Below, in pieces: positions 1 through 13,671 of a stretch of DNA of 64,000 nt. The stretch is from Eledone cirrhosa (Eukaryota). A program made the translations under genes and the position numbers. The notes under the pieces are model-generated. The model was not told where the DNA came from, searched no databases, and saw only the letters and a program-made list of their open reading frames with translations. Location of the stretch: positions 16,368,001 through 16,432,000 of the forward strand of contig OZ024751.1 of the NCBI GenBank assembly GCA_964016885.1. Direction: 5' to 3'. Position 1 is the first letter of the stretch. Every line of letters starts with the position of its first letter.

Positions 1-994
1 CGTTGGATTGACTGACTGACGTTGGATTGACTGACCGAACGTGAGGACTTTGAGAGATTGCAATTATTGCGAACCTGTCGTATTTTCAATTTCCTCACTG
101 GAGAGCCGGCTGTACATATACCCTACCTCTCTTCAACTCATCGTACTTTATTTTATTTTATTTTAGATTTAGGGGTTTATCGCTGACTGCCTATCCGGAT
201 ACATCCCTGGAGTATATGTTTTGGAAACATAGTGTCACTTCGCCTAACGTTCGGAACTGGAACCAATGGATGTTGGATAAAATGTTATTTGCAGTATTTG
301 TTTTGGTTACTTTATATTCTGAGTTCAGATTCCACCGAGGTCTACTTTTCCTTTCATTCTTCCGGAGTCGAGTGATTATTAGTATATCAGTTAAGTACTG
401 GAGTTGAACTAATCAACTTTATTCTGGAGTTGAACTAATCAACTTTATTCTCTGCCCCTCCCCCACGAAACATTTGCTGTTCATCGTACCTAAATTATAA
501 ATCGATATTATCACTGCTTCTATTTAAATAAATTCTACTCTCAAAATATTTTCGCCACTATAATCATTCAATATTCAACATAAAACAAATGCCTGAATAT
601 TTTCACTGCATTTTTAGGAAAAATTATTCCTTTTTTCATTTCTCCTAGGTCATACCAATTCACATAAATCTATTCATTGTTTTAACCTGATACGCCCTCT
701 CATACTTCTATCTCTGAATCTTCCTATATATTAATTCCTAAATATTTCATGGAATATTAGGCTAGAAAAGGCTTATTTTAGAAGATACTCATATAAAATT
801 CTATTCAGTTATTAAATTTTTTCCATTTTTCCCAAATTACAGTAAAATTCTTTGTCTTATTCTTTTGTTTGTTTCCAAGTTTCTGCACTGAAAAGATAGA
901 GAATGTTCCCTGTGTGTTCACTTGTTAAGTATTGATAGTTTTCTTGTTTGTGTTGCTTTTATTGTATCACATTTCAGACTTTCTATGTAGTTCT

Positions 995-1663
995 TATGTG
1001 TTTTTGTTTTTGTTGTTGTTGTTTTTAGTTGTTGTTGTATTATATTTTGGGCTTCCAATGTTTTTGTTGTTGTTGCTAGTGTTGTTGTTGTTGTTTTTGC
1101 TTTTGATATTATTGTTGTTGTTGTTGGTGTTATTATTTTTTGTTGTTGTCGTTGTTTTTAGTTATTGTTATTGTATTATATTTTAGGCTTCCAATGTTGT
1201 TGTTGGTGTTGTTGTTGCTAGTGTTTTTGTTGTTATTGTTGTTGTTATTATTGTTGTAGTTGTTTTTGTTTTTGTTGTTGGTGTTTTTAGTTGTATTATA
1301 TTTTAGGCCTCCAATGTTGGTGTTGTTGTTGCTGTTAGTGTTGTTGTTGCTGTAGTAGTTTGGTTTTGTTGTTATTGTTGTTGTTGTTGTTTCTGTTGTT
1401 ATTGTTGTTGTAATTTTGTTTTTGTTGTTATTGTTGTTGTTTTTCTTTTTGTTTTTCTTTTTTTGTTGTTGTTATTGTTGTTGTTAGTGATGTTGTTTTT
1501 TGTTGTTGCCTTTGTTTTTAGTTGTTGTAATTAGGCTTCCATTGTTGTTGTTGTTGTTGCTGCATCAAATCTGCTATTGTATTTATTATTGTTGTTACTT
1601 TTGTTACTGATACTGCTAATGTTGCAGTTGCAGCAACTGCTGTTATCGCTATAGTTGTTTTTA

Positions 1664-1695
<32 letters not shown>

Positions 1696-1980
1696 ACTGC
1701 TAGTAATGTTATCGTTGCATAAGCTGTTGTTGTTGCTGTTGCTGTTGTTGCCGTTGCTATTTTTCTCCGTGTAGTGAAGTGGTAATGATGTGGTAGATAA
1801 TAAAGTGGCTGTTATGTTACTGTTGCTGTTACTGCTAGCGATGATGATGATGATAATGATGATGATGATGATGATGATGATGTTGGGCATCACCGTTATC
1901 CTCTTTCCTCCTCCTCTCTCTCATCATTGTTATCATCATCAACATCATCATCATAATCATCAACATTATTATTATTATCG
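995..1980. repeat. Degenerate (TTG)n/(ATG)n/(CAT)n trinucleotide tract with a recurring higher-order motif
   Basis: TTGTATTATATTTTAGGCTTCCAATGTT recurs near 1035, 1170, 1290 and 1525 within TTG repeats. Confidence 0.8.
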
Positions 1981-2735
1981 GTGGATTGGCAGTATCGGTA
2001 GAGGGTCGGACGCCATGCTTTGACGCATAGAGTTACGGCCCTTTCCATTCTGAGTTCAAATCCCGCCGAGGTTAACTTTGCCTTTCATCCTTACGGGTCG
2101 ATAAAATAAAGTACCAGTAATACACAGGGTAATTGCTGGCCTTGTGCCAAAAGTAGAAACAATTATTATTATTATCTGGGGGCTGTGGATTCGCAGAATC
2201 AACTTTGCTATTCATCCTTTACGGGTGGATAAAATAAAGTACCAGCCACATACTGGGGATCTGATGTAGTCGTCTTCTACCTTCCCGTAAATCACAAGTT
2301 TTCAAAGTGGGCTCTACTGCCCCCCTCCCCCCTAGGAGGGAGGAGGTGTCTTGAAAAGGTCCAGGGGCGCTGGGGTCTAAGGGGCAGTAGTGATTATATA
2401 ATAGTTTATTAAATATCAAATGATACATATATATAAATATAGTAAAATAAAAAATATATAATATTTATCTATACATAGTATATGTTATATTATTTATTAT
2501 ATATAAATTAACAGGGCGGTATATTGGCAGTATCGGTAGATGGTCGGATGCCATGCTTTGCAATGTAGAGTTAGGGCCCTTTAAGATCTGAGTTCAAATC
2601 CCGTCGAGGTTAACTTTGGCTTTCATCCTTACGGGGTTGATAAAATAAAGTACCAGTAATGCACTGCGGTCGATCTAATCGACTTTATCCTCCCCCCCCA
2701 TACCAAATTTCTGGCCTTGTGCCTATATAAATGAC
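1979..2735 (+). mobile_element. tRNA-derived SINE copies (about 1979-2165, partial about 2185-2310, about 2514-2735)
   Basis: A box TGGCAGTATCGG, B box GAGTTCAAATCC, central CTTTGCCTTTCATCCTTACGGGGTCGATAAAATAAAGTACCAG, 3' TTGCTGGCCTTGTGCC..AGAAACAATT. Confidence 0.85.
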
Positions 2736-3015
2736 CATTACATATAAAGTAACGATTTTACTTATTATATATATATTATTCACAATTTGTGTGTAGGCGG
2801 GTCTCTTTGGAAATAAGGGTGGGGCACTGAGAGTATTACGTGGGTGTGCGTGGGGCAATGGCCCAGAAATTTCGAGAACCTCTGCCCTAAATCGTTGGCC
2901 TTGTGCCAATGCAAGAAACAATTATTCTTCCAATCCTAAAAGCTTGATATAAATGTTATTTTCTCTTCAAAGACCTCGACGCTATATTAAGAAATAAGTG
3001 AGAGACGGAGAAAGG

Positions 3016-3404
3016 ATGAGTTTAAGATATTTATATGGCACTATCTTTATATACAGTGTTCAAATCTGATAGAAGTCAAATGAGTTTAAGATATTTATAT
3101 GGCACTTGTCTTTATATACAGTGTTCAAATCTGATAGATGTCAAATGAGTTTAAGATATTTATATGGCACTTGTCTTTATATACAGTGTTCAAATCTGAT
3201 AGATGTCAAATGAGTTTAAGATATTTATATGGCACTTGTCTTTATATACAGTGTTCAAATCTGATAGAAGTCAAATGAGTTTAAGATATTTATATGGCAC
3301 CTGTCTTTATATACAGTGTTCAAATCTGATAGAAGTCAAATGAGTTTAAGATATTTATATGGCACTTGTCTTTATATACAGTGTTCAAATCTGATAGAAG
3401 TCAA
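3016..3404 (+). repeat. Minisatellite, 6 x 65 bp
   Basis: Unit ATGAGTTTAAGATATTTATATGGCACTTGTCTTTATATACAGTGTTCAAATCTGATAGAAGTCAA starts at 3016, 3080, 3145, 3210, 3275 and 3340. Confidence 0.95.
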
Positions 3405-4440
3405 CCTTGCCTTTCATAACGAGGTTGCCTACGGGGAAGACGGGGAAGAATTGACACCGTGTATGACAGGTATTGTATTTGATAGGCAACAATGATCGTG
3501 GTGAGATTTCAACTGAGGTTTTAAAAGTCCTCAATAAATGCTGTTTTGCATTTGTACAACGCTCTAATGATTGTGTCATTCCGTAACATTGGACCTCTAA
3601 GAATTTCAAGTCGGATTGTTACTGGTTGATAATTCTTCTTCTTCTTCTTCTTCTTCTTCTTCTTCTTCTTCTTCTTCTTCTTCTTCGTATTGGTTAGGAA
3701 TCCTGGCTCAACCCAGGGAGGGAGGGTTCGAATATCAGCGTGGCAATAGCAGTAGTATTAGTAGTAGATCAAGTATTAACATTACAAATATTTGATAATG
3801 AGCCTATATTTAGCGGACTTAGACATAAATGGAAAAGTCATGAAACAAACACAAGTCAAAATAGTTTTCCATTTGTGTGTTTAATATAGTGAGGAATATA
3901 ATATTGTGAGGAATATATTTGTGAAATATTTTTCCCCCCTAAATTATACAGAGACCAACAATTTATAGAATGTAATCTTGTCATAGAATTTTCTCTATTA
4001 TTTTTAAGTTTTAAAAACGCTGAGAGCGATTTTAGGACTGTTATTTGTTTCCAAGCAGAAATTATTGTTTGAAATATATCATATATATAGAGAGAGACAA
4101 CAAACAACAAAACAAAAGAGTTGAACCTATTCTAGAGAAATATATAGAAAAATGTTTATTCCAAAATGTCTGACAAATTTGTCAATGTATTAACTTTGAA
4201 GTGTTTGTAGTTACATTGAGCAATCGATTCTCTGGTTGATTTTTCTCTCTTCATTGTAATAAGATGAAGCTGAAATGTTAATAATATGGAGTTGACGCAG
4301 TTCTAGTGTAAGTATTCTGGTTTAACATTCAGGAGTTACGGATTCATATATACGTACATACATACATATATACATGCATACATACATGCATACATACATA
4401 CATACATACACACATACATACATACATACATACACACATT

Positions 4441-4626
4441 TTGCATCTAATAACTCAAAACATACACATCCACACATACAATAACATCCATATCTACACA
4501 TGCATGCATACATAATCTACCTAGTTGATGTTCTGTAAATTCCAATGAGAGAGTCTTGTGTCTATGTTAGAAACTGACTCTTTCTCTATTGGGAAAAAAA
4601 TGTGTGAAATTATAAAACCAGAAGAA
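4441..4626 (+). mobile_element. 3' UTR-only copy of the same (CATA)n-associated element
   Basis: Close match to about 6880-7057, same terminus CCAGAAGAA|(CATA)n, with (CATA)n upstream. Confidence 0.75.
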
Positions 4627-4956
4627 CATACATACATACATACATACATACATACATACATACATACATACATACATACATACATACATACATACATACA
4701 TGAGGATAATGGCTGCCCTCTCGTTATTGTGTATGCACGATATACCATTATCAATTGTACGATATAACATTATCAATAATTATCAATTAATGCTATCGTG
4801 CAATGCCTGAAAAGAAGAAAAGATCAACATCATCGGTAACTACTGAGCCGCATACGTACATACATACACACATACACACATACACACATACACACATGTG
4901 TATATATTCATACATACATACATGCACGCATATATACATTCGTACATACATATATA

Positions 4957-5450
4957 CGAGGGGGCAATACATTTGTTTGTTCTCGTACTAATGTGTCATA
5001 ACATGCTTTATCACGAACCTTTAAATGCATGTTGCAACGCGGCGCCGCCAGGCGGATGTCAGCACCAGCTCAAGTAACGTGGCTTCCATCAAATAATCAA
5101 TTTCATGGTGAAGCTAGGGTGGAAGAGCTGCCAAATCATTGACGCTCTGGAGCAAGTTCATGGAGACAATGACCCAAAGAAATCAACAACATACAACCAA
5201 GTCGTTTTAGAAGTGGAAGAGACGAGGTTGAAGATGATCCTCAGTTGAAGATCTTAAAAAAAAAAAAAAACTGCTTTGACATGGTTTCAATTGCAGGGCA
5301 CTCATTTTTACACAGATGGGTTTAAAGGGTGGTATCAATGCTTTCAGAAGTGTATTTACCTAGATGGAGCATATGTTTAAAATTAAACATCATAACTTAA
5401 ACCGTTTTTCCCAACTGTCCTTTTTCTACGAACGTTTTGAAGTCTCTTCG
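4957..5450 (+). mobile_element. Internally deleted mariner (irritans subfamily, Hsmar2-like)
   Basis: TA|CGAGGGG ... CTTCG|TA ends. N-terminal INFMVKLGWKSCQIIDALEQVHGDNDPKKS and FRSGRDEVEDDP, C-terminal FYTDGFKGWYQCFQKCIYLDGAYV. Confidence 0.78.
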
Positions 5451-5480
5451 TACATGCATGCATGGAAACACACACACACT

Positions 5481-5595
<115 letters not shown>

Positions 5596-5675
5596 GTATA
5601 TCTAAATATATGTGTGTATATATATATATATATGCATGCATACATAGATACATACATTCATACAAACATACATAG

Positions 5676-6038
5676 TCTACTTAGTTATATTATCATGTTT
5701 ATAGCTTCTCTAAATTTAACTTGTAATAGTTCCACATACACACATATAGATATAGAAACACGTGTATTTGTACACATATACCTCCAAACATACATACCCA
5801 CACATGCAATAACAGCCATACTTGCACACACACATGGGCGCACGCACACACACACATACATAAACAGGTAGGGAGGCAGACACAACCACACATACATAGA
5901 CGCACAAATAGACAGATATTCATAGATAATTACCTCATTGATGTTATATAATTTCCATTGAAAGAATTTTCTTTCTGTGTTAGAAACCCAATTTCTCTTG
6001 TTGAGTGAAAATAAAAAAATATAAGAAATCTAGAAGAA
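5676..6038 (+). mobile_element. Diverged 3' UTR relative of the (CATA)n-associated element
   Basis: Contains TTGATGTTATATAATTTCCATTGAAAGA..TGTTAGAAACC..CTAGAAGAA, followed by CATA-like repeats. Confidence 0.55.
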
Positions 6039-6565
6039 AATACTCACACATAAATACATACATACTCACACATACATACATACATACATACATACATACA
6101 TACATACATACATACATACATACATGGTGGCTGCCAACTCGTTTTCGAGTACGGCCACTACTTTATATCCATGTAGGAGAACCCCTACTGATGCGCTGAA
6201 CGAGTGTGACTTTTCAGTCCAGCCAGCGACTTAAAAACTTTGGTACAAACACTACACTTGTGACAATTACTGACACATAGTGCTGGGCCCATTGTACCCT
6301 GTGATGACAAGTGCAGAGAGATCTCCAGATATAAAGCAATGCCTGTGCCGTGAAGCTTTTATAGTGAGCAAAGGCACTGCACAAAGCCAGTCCCACTCTC
6401 TTAACCAAGATGATATTTACCAAAAAGAAGAACACGTCAACATCATTGGATACCATCAGGGTTGCAGGTGTTATATCAGAGTTTTCCCTCTCCTAGAATT
6501 CTGCCTTGACAAAGGCTAAGGGGTCATCTCTCCCGAATACATACATACATACATACATACATACA

Positions 6566-6596
<31 letters not shown>

Positions 6597-6598
<2 letters not shown>

Positions 6599-7057
6599 TT
6601 ATGCAGCCCTGATGAGAAATCTGCAGATACTCCACCCTGATTACACCTTCAGATTTATGCCTGTGATTATTGGGGCACTGGGATATGTTAGTAACTGCCT
6701 CAATACAAATCTTGAGAAGCTAGGCTTCACAGGAACAGAAAGAATACAACTAGTTAGGAAATTACAAGTACAATCCATTAATGGAACAGTAAAAATATGT
6801 AAAACATTTCAAAAATGTTGCATCTAATAACTGCATATACACATATACAGATACAAAGCATATACACATGTACACATACAACTAAAAACATACACATCCA
6901 CACATACAAAAACATCCATATCTACACATGCATGCATACATACATATCTACCTAGTTGATGTTGTGTAAATTCCAATGAGAGAGTCTTGTGTCTATGTTA
7001 GAAACCGACTCTCTCTCTCTATTGGTAACACTTTATGAAATTATAAAACCAGAAGAA
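6597..7057 (+). mobile_element. 3' end of an RLE-endonuclease non-LTR element (R4/Dong-like) in a (CATA)n array
   Basis: ORF 6612-6827 [11 protein letters not shown]...LQVQSINGTVKICKTF resembles the RLE C-terminus. The 3' UTR has a stem-loop (CCAATGAGAGAGTC..GACTCTCTC..ATTGG) and ends ATAAAACCAGAAGAA|CATACATAC. Confidence 0.7.
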
Positions 7058-8192
7058 CATACATACTCACTCACATACATACACTCACACATACATACAT
7101 ACACCTCACACATGCATTCACACATACATACACTCACTCACTCAATCACTCACGAATACATGCATACATACCTTCATATCTCCATACACATTATATATAA
7201 ACAAATACAGGAGAACACACAAATAATTACAACCAGAGGAGATATAAGAATATGAGAATCACTACACGAAAAAAATAAGAAACGACAAATTAAATAGATA
7301 GAGAATTAATTTGGCTAGACACAAGGTCTATTCTTGTGTCAATTATGTCAACCAATTTAAAAGTAGTTACTTTATACTTAACGACCGTTCATAATTGCCA
7401 ACGTATGTTCTCAATCCAGAACATTCTAAAATGTGTAGAATCTACATATTTTGTTATAAAATGACCATGGTTTTAAACCTAGGAAGTTCCCCTCCGACGC
7501 AAAATCTTTGGCAAGCTTTATTTGTGGAAGACCAACAGTCGCCCAAGCATACCAGTCTTGGTACGATCTTGAGCTCATACGATCTTGAGCTCAACACAGT
7601 AATTACTAAGTTCCTCGCTTTCCCGTTTGACTGGTTAATTTTCTCTACCACAAACTATTTGGAAGAAATGATTGCTATATCAACCTATTTCATGGCTAAA
7701 GATGTTACCATCCCCAGGTCAGCTGTGAGTGTGCAGTCCTATACACCACAGCTGAATTTATCATCCCCTTTTTTATTCAGTGCTAGCATAAACGCATCTG
7801 ATGGTTTAACCATATTTTCTTCTTGAAACCGTTGGAAGTCCACAGTTAAGTCAATCTGTTAATATAAATACTTCTCCGCCGCGTAATGTGTTGTTGCTCT
7901 TTGACTATTGGAGAGGACTGGTACCACGACGCTAATAACTTCAGTAGAATACAAAAAAAAAAAAAAACACCAGAACTTTGCACCAGTCTGAAGGGAACAC
8001 GTAAACGGGCTATTATGCGTCACTTTGACGGCTTCGAAATACGTATAATATGATTATGTAATAAACAGGGGATGTACATTTAACAGCGTCACACTTCTTT
8101 ATCATATTGACACTCCGGTTGATAGCACTTTAAGGATTACAAATCATTGAACGTTTTACGTCTGTTTACGACCAAAGTTGGTGGATTATAAA

Positions 8193-8279
<87 letters not shown>

Positions 8280-8380
8280 AGGGATTGTAACGTGAAGTTA
8301 CTGTTGGTTCACCCAGATGAGCACTTGATGTTTAGGTTTACGTCAATAGCGAGCTGTAGAGCTAGACAGAGTGTAATATA

Positions 8381-8558
8381 ATAATTGTTTCTACTTTTGG
8401 TACAAGTCCAGCAATTATCCCAGTGTATTACTGGTACTTTATTTTATCGACCCCGTAAGGATGAAAGTCAAAGTTAACCTCGGCGGGATTTGAAAGCAGA
8501 CCATAAAGGGCCGTAACTCTTTGCTGCAAAGAATGGCGCCCGACCCTCTACCGATACT
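8381..8558 (-). mobile_element. SINE, same family
   Basis: Reverse complement of the consensus. Confidence 0.85.
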
Positions 8559-8595
8559 AGGACTATTGGTTAAGCCTTCATTACGTTTATTGATT

Positions 8596-8680
8596 GGTGA
8601 CGCGCGTTTCGCTATTGATCAGCTCAAGGTTGGATCTATATCGATCTAGCCCGACGCTGGAATCAAAAGCTCGTCGGACC
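8596..8680 (-). ncRNA. Type I hammerhead ribozyme motif (U4C variant, long stem II)
   Basis: GGT-CCGACGA-[GCTTTTGATT...GATCAATAGC]-GAA-ACGCGCGT-C-ACC then AATAAA. It lies between inverted repeats of about 37 bp (8560-8596 / 8707-8743). Confidence 0.65.
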
Positions 8681-8970
8681 TCTGTTGTAGTAATGTCAGA
8701 ATCTGTCAATCAATAAACGTATCGAAGGCTTAACGAATCGTCCTTGTAGTGTATAAATATTCATTTCTTTTGTGGATCACCAATGGATAGAACCGTTTAA
8801 TTAACCATTATGTCATAGTAGGAAAAGCACTGTACGTTATGCTACTCATCCATCGTTGATGTTCAATGCTGTGGCAGGAATAGAGTTAATTATTAATTCA
8901 ATTAAAACAGGAGGCCGGCCTTGTGATATCCCTTTAAAGTTTTATTGTTGCAATCAAATACGCACGCACG

Positions 8971-9137
<167 letters not shown>

Positions 9138-9334
9138 CTATATATATATAATCTTTTATTCTTTCATTCTCTACATATATGCCAGTATATATATATATGT
9201 ATATCCATATGAAGCTATCTGTATGCATATATATCTATACACGCTAACACGCACATCCACACAACTGTGCACACACATAGACATACATACATAGATACAC
9301 GCATAAGCACACACACACACAAACACACAAACAT

Positions 9335-9365
<31 letters not shown>

Positions 9366-9599
9366 CATGTATACATCTCATCAAATTTCTGATGTTGCAA
9401 TTTGTATGAGACAATTCATTACTCTAAATAAACAGTATGTTCCTTTATTAATGCACTTAATTAACCAACGTCACGGTGTTTCTTCCCTTTCCCTCTCTCT
9501 CCCTATTCCCTCTTTCTCTCTCTCTCACCCACTCTCTCTATCTCTCTCTCTCTCTATATATATATGTATATATATATATATATAAATATGCACACAAAC

Positions 9600-9631
<32 letters not shown>

Positions 9632-9632
9632 A

Positions 9633-9714
<82 letters not shown>

Positions 9715-10049
9715 ATGGATCACATATCAAACAAGAAAAAAAGACAATTTGAAAGTTAACCACATTGCATCATCTTCAAATGGCATTCAATTTATTGATC
9801 TTGTACAATTTCCATTTATTACATGTTTCATGAATGTTCTTCTTAAGATATATACAATAAATATATGATCACATAAAATTATTCTTTAGATAACGCTGCT
9901 GCTATTAACTTGGCAAACAATTTGACAGTGAAATAACGAGTCCTATTATTTCTCATTTCTATATCATTTTTATTAGTTGGTTCAAGCCAAAGTATTTCTC
10001 AGTAATTGAGAAATTTGTTATTAACGACAATCATTGTTAGAAATAGAGG

Positions 10050-10350
10050 AAGGACGTGGCCTAGTGGTAAAGGTGTTAGACTTTCGCCCATAATATAGTG
10101 GGCTCGATTCCTGGACTGACTTGTATGTTGTGTGTTGTGTTCTTCAGCAAAACACAAAACACTTCATTTCACGTTGCTCCGGTATACTCACCTGGAAATG
10201 AGAACCAGCAATAGCTGGAGGTTTAAGGCTGTAATGGATTGGCGTCCTGTCCATGGAGGGGGGAGTCTTGTATTCTCAGTCGCTTCACGCCAGGGAAACC
10301 TGAATAAGTAGAGGTTTGATTAGCCTCCGGGTCCGAGACAGACTTTAGTT
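10050..10350 (+). mobile_element. Second tRNA-derived SINE family (diverged)
   Basis: GTGGCCTAGTGGTAAAGG A box, GGCTCGATTCC B box, TGTGTTCTT..GCAAAACAC..TTCATTTCACGTTGCTCC core. A related fragment lies at about 26815-26920. Confidence 0.6.
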
Positions 10351-10375
10351 TGTTACAAACAACATAACTACGACT

Positions 10376-10854
10376 TCTATCTAAAGTAAAGATCGCGGGA
10401 CTGCGTACGGTTTATAATTTTTTATCCCATTAGTAAAATAAGTTGGATTATTTTGAATAAATAATGAATGAATATTACATAATTTATCTACTAAATTTCG
10501 TGGCTGTTGATTAAATATATTTTGTTTATTTAAAGATTCCCTTCTTTAACATTTCTGATATATCAACACTTCCGGTTGGCCATCGCTTAAATAAACATAG
10601 TAATTTTCTGTCACTAATTCTCTCCTAATGCAGTTTATATATAATATCGTCTTTTTTAATGTATCATAGATTACGTTACTGATTAAATAAGACAGTGTAA
10701 CGCAGTCTTCGTTCAATTTATATGTATTATATATTGTCAACTACGATTTTATTTGATGTATCATATCTACATGTATATATACCTGCGTATAATATCAATA
10801 TACAAACTACACATGCTAGCAGAAATACCACCCGAATGGTGGTTTTTATGCTAG
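10376..10854 (+). mobile_element. Non-autonomous Helitron-like element
   Basis: 5' TC start, 3' hairpin ACCACC cgaa TGGTGGT followed by CTAG|T. Homologous along its length to 43153-43874. Confidence 0.62.
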
Positions 10855-11042
10855 TTGAACTAATGGTTCATCAACTGGTATTTATTCTGGCACTTTACAT
10901 TCTGAGTTCAAATCTCACCGATTTCTACTTCACTTTTCATTCTTCCTGGGTCAATAAAATAAATTACCGAGTAAATACTGAGATCAATATAATCAACTAT
11001 TTCTTCATATCGATTACAAAGTATTATTAATATCATTCATGA

Positions 11043-11705
11043 GGGCGGTTGATTGGCAGTATCGGTAGAGGGTCGGACGCCATGCTTTCCAGCATAGTTA
11101 CGTCTCTTTACGATCTGAGTTCAAATCCCGCCGAGGTTGACTTTGCCTTTCATCCTTACGGGGTCGATAAAATAAAGTACCAGTAATGCACTGGGATAAT
11201 TGCTGGCCTTGTGCCTAAAGTAGAAACAATTATTAGTATCATTCATATTTTAATATCATATTAATATCATTCATCATTTAAGGGCGGTGGATTGACAGTA
11301 TCGGTAGAAGGTCGGATGTCATGCTTTGCAGCATAGAGTTACGTCCCTTTACGATCTGAGTTCAAATGCCGCCCAGGTTAACTTTGCCTTTCATCCTTAC
11401 GTGGTCAATAAAATAAAGTACCAGTAATGCACTGGGATAATGGCTGGCATTGTGCCAAAAGAAGAAACAATTATTAATATCGTTCCTATTCGGGAAATGA
11501 ACTGGTGAAATCGTTAAAGCATCGGGTAAAATGCTTTGTAGCATTTAGTTATGGCCCTTTACGTTGTGATTTCAAATCCTGCTGAGGTCAAGTTAGCATC
11601 TTTTCTTTCCGGAGTTCATAGAATGAGGTACTACTAAAGTACTATGGTCGATGAAATCAAATTTTTCCTCCTACAATTTATTGACATTGCACCTATGTTA
11701 GAAAT
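11043..11705 (+). mobile_element. Three tandem SINE copies (third one diverged)
   Basis: 11043-11233, 11282-11473 and about 11490-11705. Confidence 0.85.
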
Positions 11706-12404
11706 GCAGGCAAAATTCCGTTATAACGAATACCATTATAACGAAATTTTTAGTATAACGAAATTTTTTAAATCCCGAGATAATAACCAACATATACTCG
11801 ATTTGTTTCTGTCGATCGCGTTATAAATAATTTGTGTCTGCGGGCCCAAATTGCCGTGTTGCTCCACCAAGTCAAGAGATGGGATAACGCCCGAGGTAGC
11901 AATCCTGTGATGTGGAATGACTAATGGAGTGAGTATCGTTAGCAGGTTTCAGTGGCATTACTTTTACCATCTTGTTCAACTGAGGCGCACTGTTCAAGCC
12001 AAGGGTGTAAATTTCACCCCATCTTCCTCTTTCGTCCCCATTTGTTTTTCGTTTCTTTCTTTTTGTTTTTTCTTATTCTATTTTAATTTTATGATATTTT
12101 GAATATTTTTGCTATTATGATATTGACATTAAGGTTTACACAGCATGTTTCATCCATATTCTTTTGTTTGTAAATGTAGACCCTAACTCTTGATGGAATC
12201 ATAGGTACGTGTACGTGATGAAGTACGCAATAAGCCGAGCAGAGCACATCACGTCTGAAAAGAGCCGATATATTCCAGGAAAAAAAGAGATAGGAAGAGA
12301 GAGAATGAGAAAGATATATATATATATATATATATATAAATGTTATGGAATACTGTTAGCTTCTCGCTACAACAATTTCTATACTTTTCATTTATATATT
12401 TATA

Positions 12405-12499
<95 letters not shown>

Positions 12500-12700
12500 T
12501 TATTAAAATAACAGATTAAATTTTAAGCAAAGAATCGCTGCTTTCACCCTTGACGGGATCTTCTGAAACTAATATATATATATATATAAATGAAGTAATT
12601 CCGTCGAAAAAGTCCAGGAAAAAAGAGTGCTCTATGTAGGTAACAGAGCTTAATTATTATGTAATAAAATCCAAATTCAATAAACAAACCAGGATTTTTT

Positions 12701-12754
12701 CATTCTGAGGATTGAAAGCAAAACCTTTTGCTTTTAAGAAACCACTGGTAAATG
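12701..12754 (+). ncRNA. Type I hammerhead ribozyme motif
   Basis: CATT-CTGAGGA-[TTGAAAGCAAAA cc TTTTGCTTTTAA]-GAA-ACCACTGGT-A-AATG, GUA cleavage site, in a TA-flanked insert of about 200 bp. Confidence 0.75.
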
Positions 12755-13010
12755 GAATAATTGCCTTATGTTGTTTATTACATAATAATAATATATATAT
12801 ATATAGTATTGATTATACTATTTATGGTTATGCAAATACAAAAACCTTTTGTAGTTATATATATTTTTATAAACCCTAAATAGTGGTAGGCAGTAATATA
12901 CTACTACCCTATTACCAGTAAGTTAAATAGCTCAATGTAATAACATCAGATGATTTACAGAGCAGTTATATAAATTATAAGAATCAAAGAACTGTTCAAA
13001 ACATTTTTAT

Positions 13011-13055
13011 GCTTACAACTGTTTCCTCCAAACCGAGGTTTGGCTTCTTCGGAGC
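13011..13055 (-). ncRNA. Hammerhead motif (CCGAAGA variant), left arm of a fold-back
   Basis: GCT-CCGAAGA-[..CCAAACC tc GGTTTGG..]-GAA-ACAGTTGT-A-AGC. Confidence 0.55.
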
Positions 13056-13150
13056 AATTTATTATTGAATGAACACTTATATGACCTCCTTTTCACCCAT
13101 TTCTCTTGGGTGAAAAGGAGGTCATATAAGTGTTCATTCAATAATAAATT

Positions 13151-13195
13151 GCTCCGAAGAATCCAAACCTCGGTTTGGAGGAAATAGTTGTAAGC
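13151..13195 (+). ncRNA. Hammerhead motif (CCGAAGA variant), right arm of a fold-back
   Basis: GCT-CCGAAGA-a[TCCAAACC tc GGTTTGGA]g-GAA-ATAGTTGT-A-AGC. Confidence 0.55.
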
Positions 13196-13231
13196 ATAAA
13201 AATGTTTTGAACAGTTCTTTGATTCTTATAA

Positions 13232-13295
<64 letters not shown>

Positions 13296-13340
13296 GAGAG
13301 TAAAACAAAGAATCCTTTAATACATCAAAAGTTTTTATTA

Positions 13341-13378
13341 GCCGACAATGTTTCGTCCTATTAAGGACTCATCAGGGC
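13341..13378 (-). ncRNA. Canonical minimal type I hammerhead ribozyme
   Basis: GCC-CTGATGA-[GTCCT taat AGGAC]-GAA-ACATTGT-C-GGC followed by TAATAAAA. All core residues are present and the site is GUC. Confidence 0.85.
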
Positions 13379-13596
13379 AATCAAAACAACAAGAGGTAAT
13401 ATCGGCAGATACAAGCCAGAAACTCTGAAGAATATGGAGTGTACATACACTAATGTCTTACAAAGATATACGATAATAAAAATGAAAATAAAGATAAAAA
13501 TAATAAAAATATATAATAAGAATAACTAAGGATGTAGATAACATTAAGAACCATATTACAAATATAGTCCAAATCAACCAACCTAAATCTAAACAA

Positions 13597-13671
<75 letters not shown>

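Larger units (their letters stand above)
12972..13233. repeat. Fold-back element with arms of about 125 bp, one hammerhead motif per arm
   Basis: CCTCCTTTTCACCCA tttctct TGGGTGAAAAGGAGG at the centre. Confidence 0.85.

Noticed and set aside
3016-3404. Regular repeats (also 49325-49454) as possible CRISPR arrays
   Set aside because: Units are contiguous with no unique spacers, there are no cas genes, and the context is eukaryotic.
6609-6615. CTGATGA as another hammerhead core
   Set aside because: No stem II, GAAA or UH arrangement follows. It lies in the RLE coding frame.
7395-7900. Moderately complex region with 143-aa and 65-aa ORFs as a host exon
   Set aside because: I recognise no motif or clear splice structure. 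It may be a decayed element, and BLASTx would decide.
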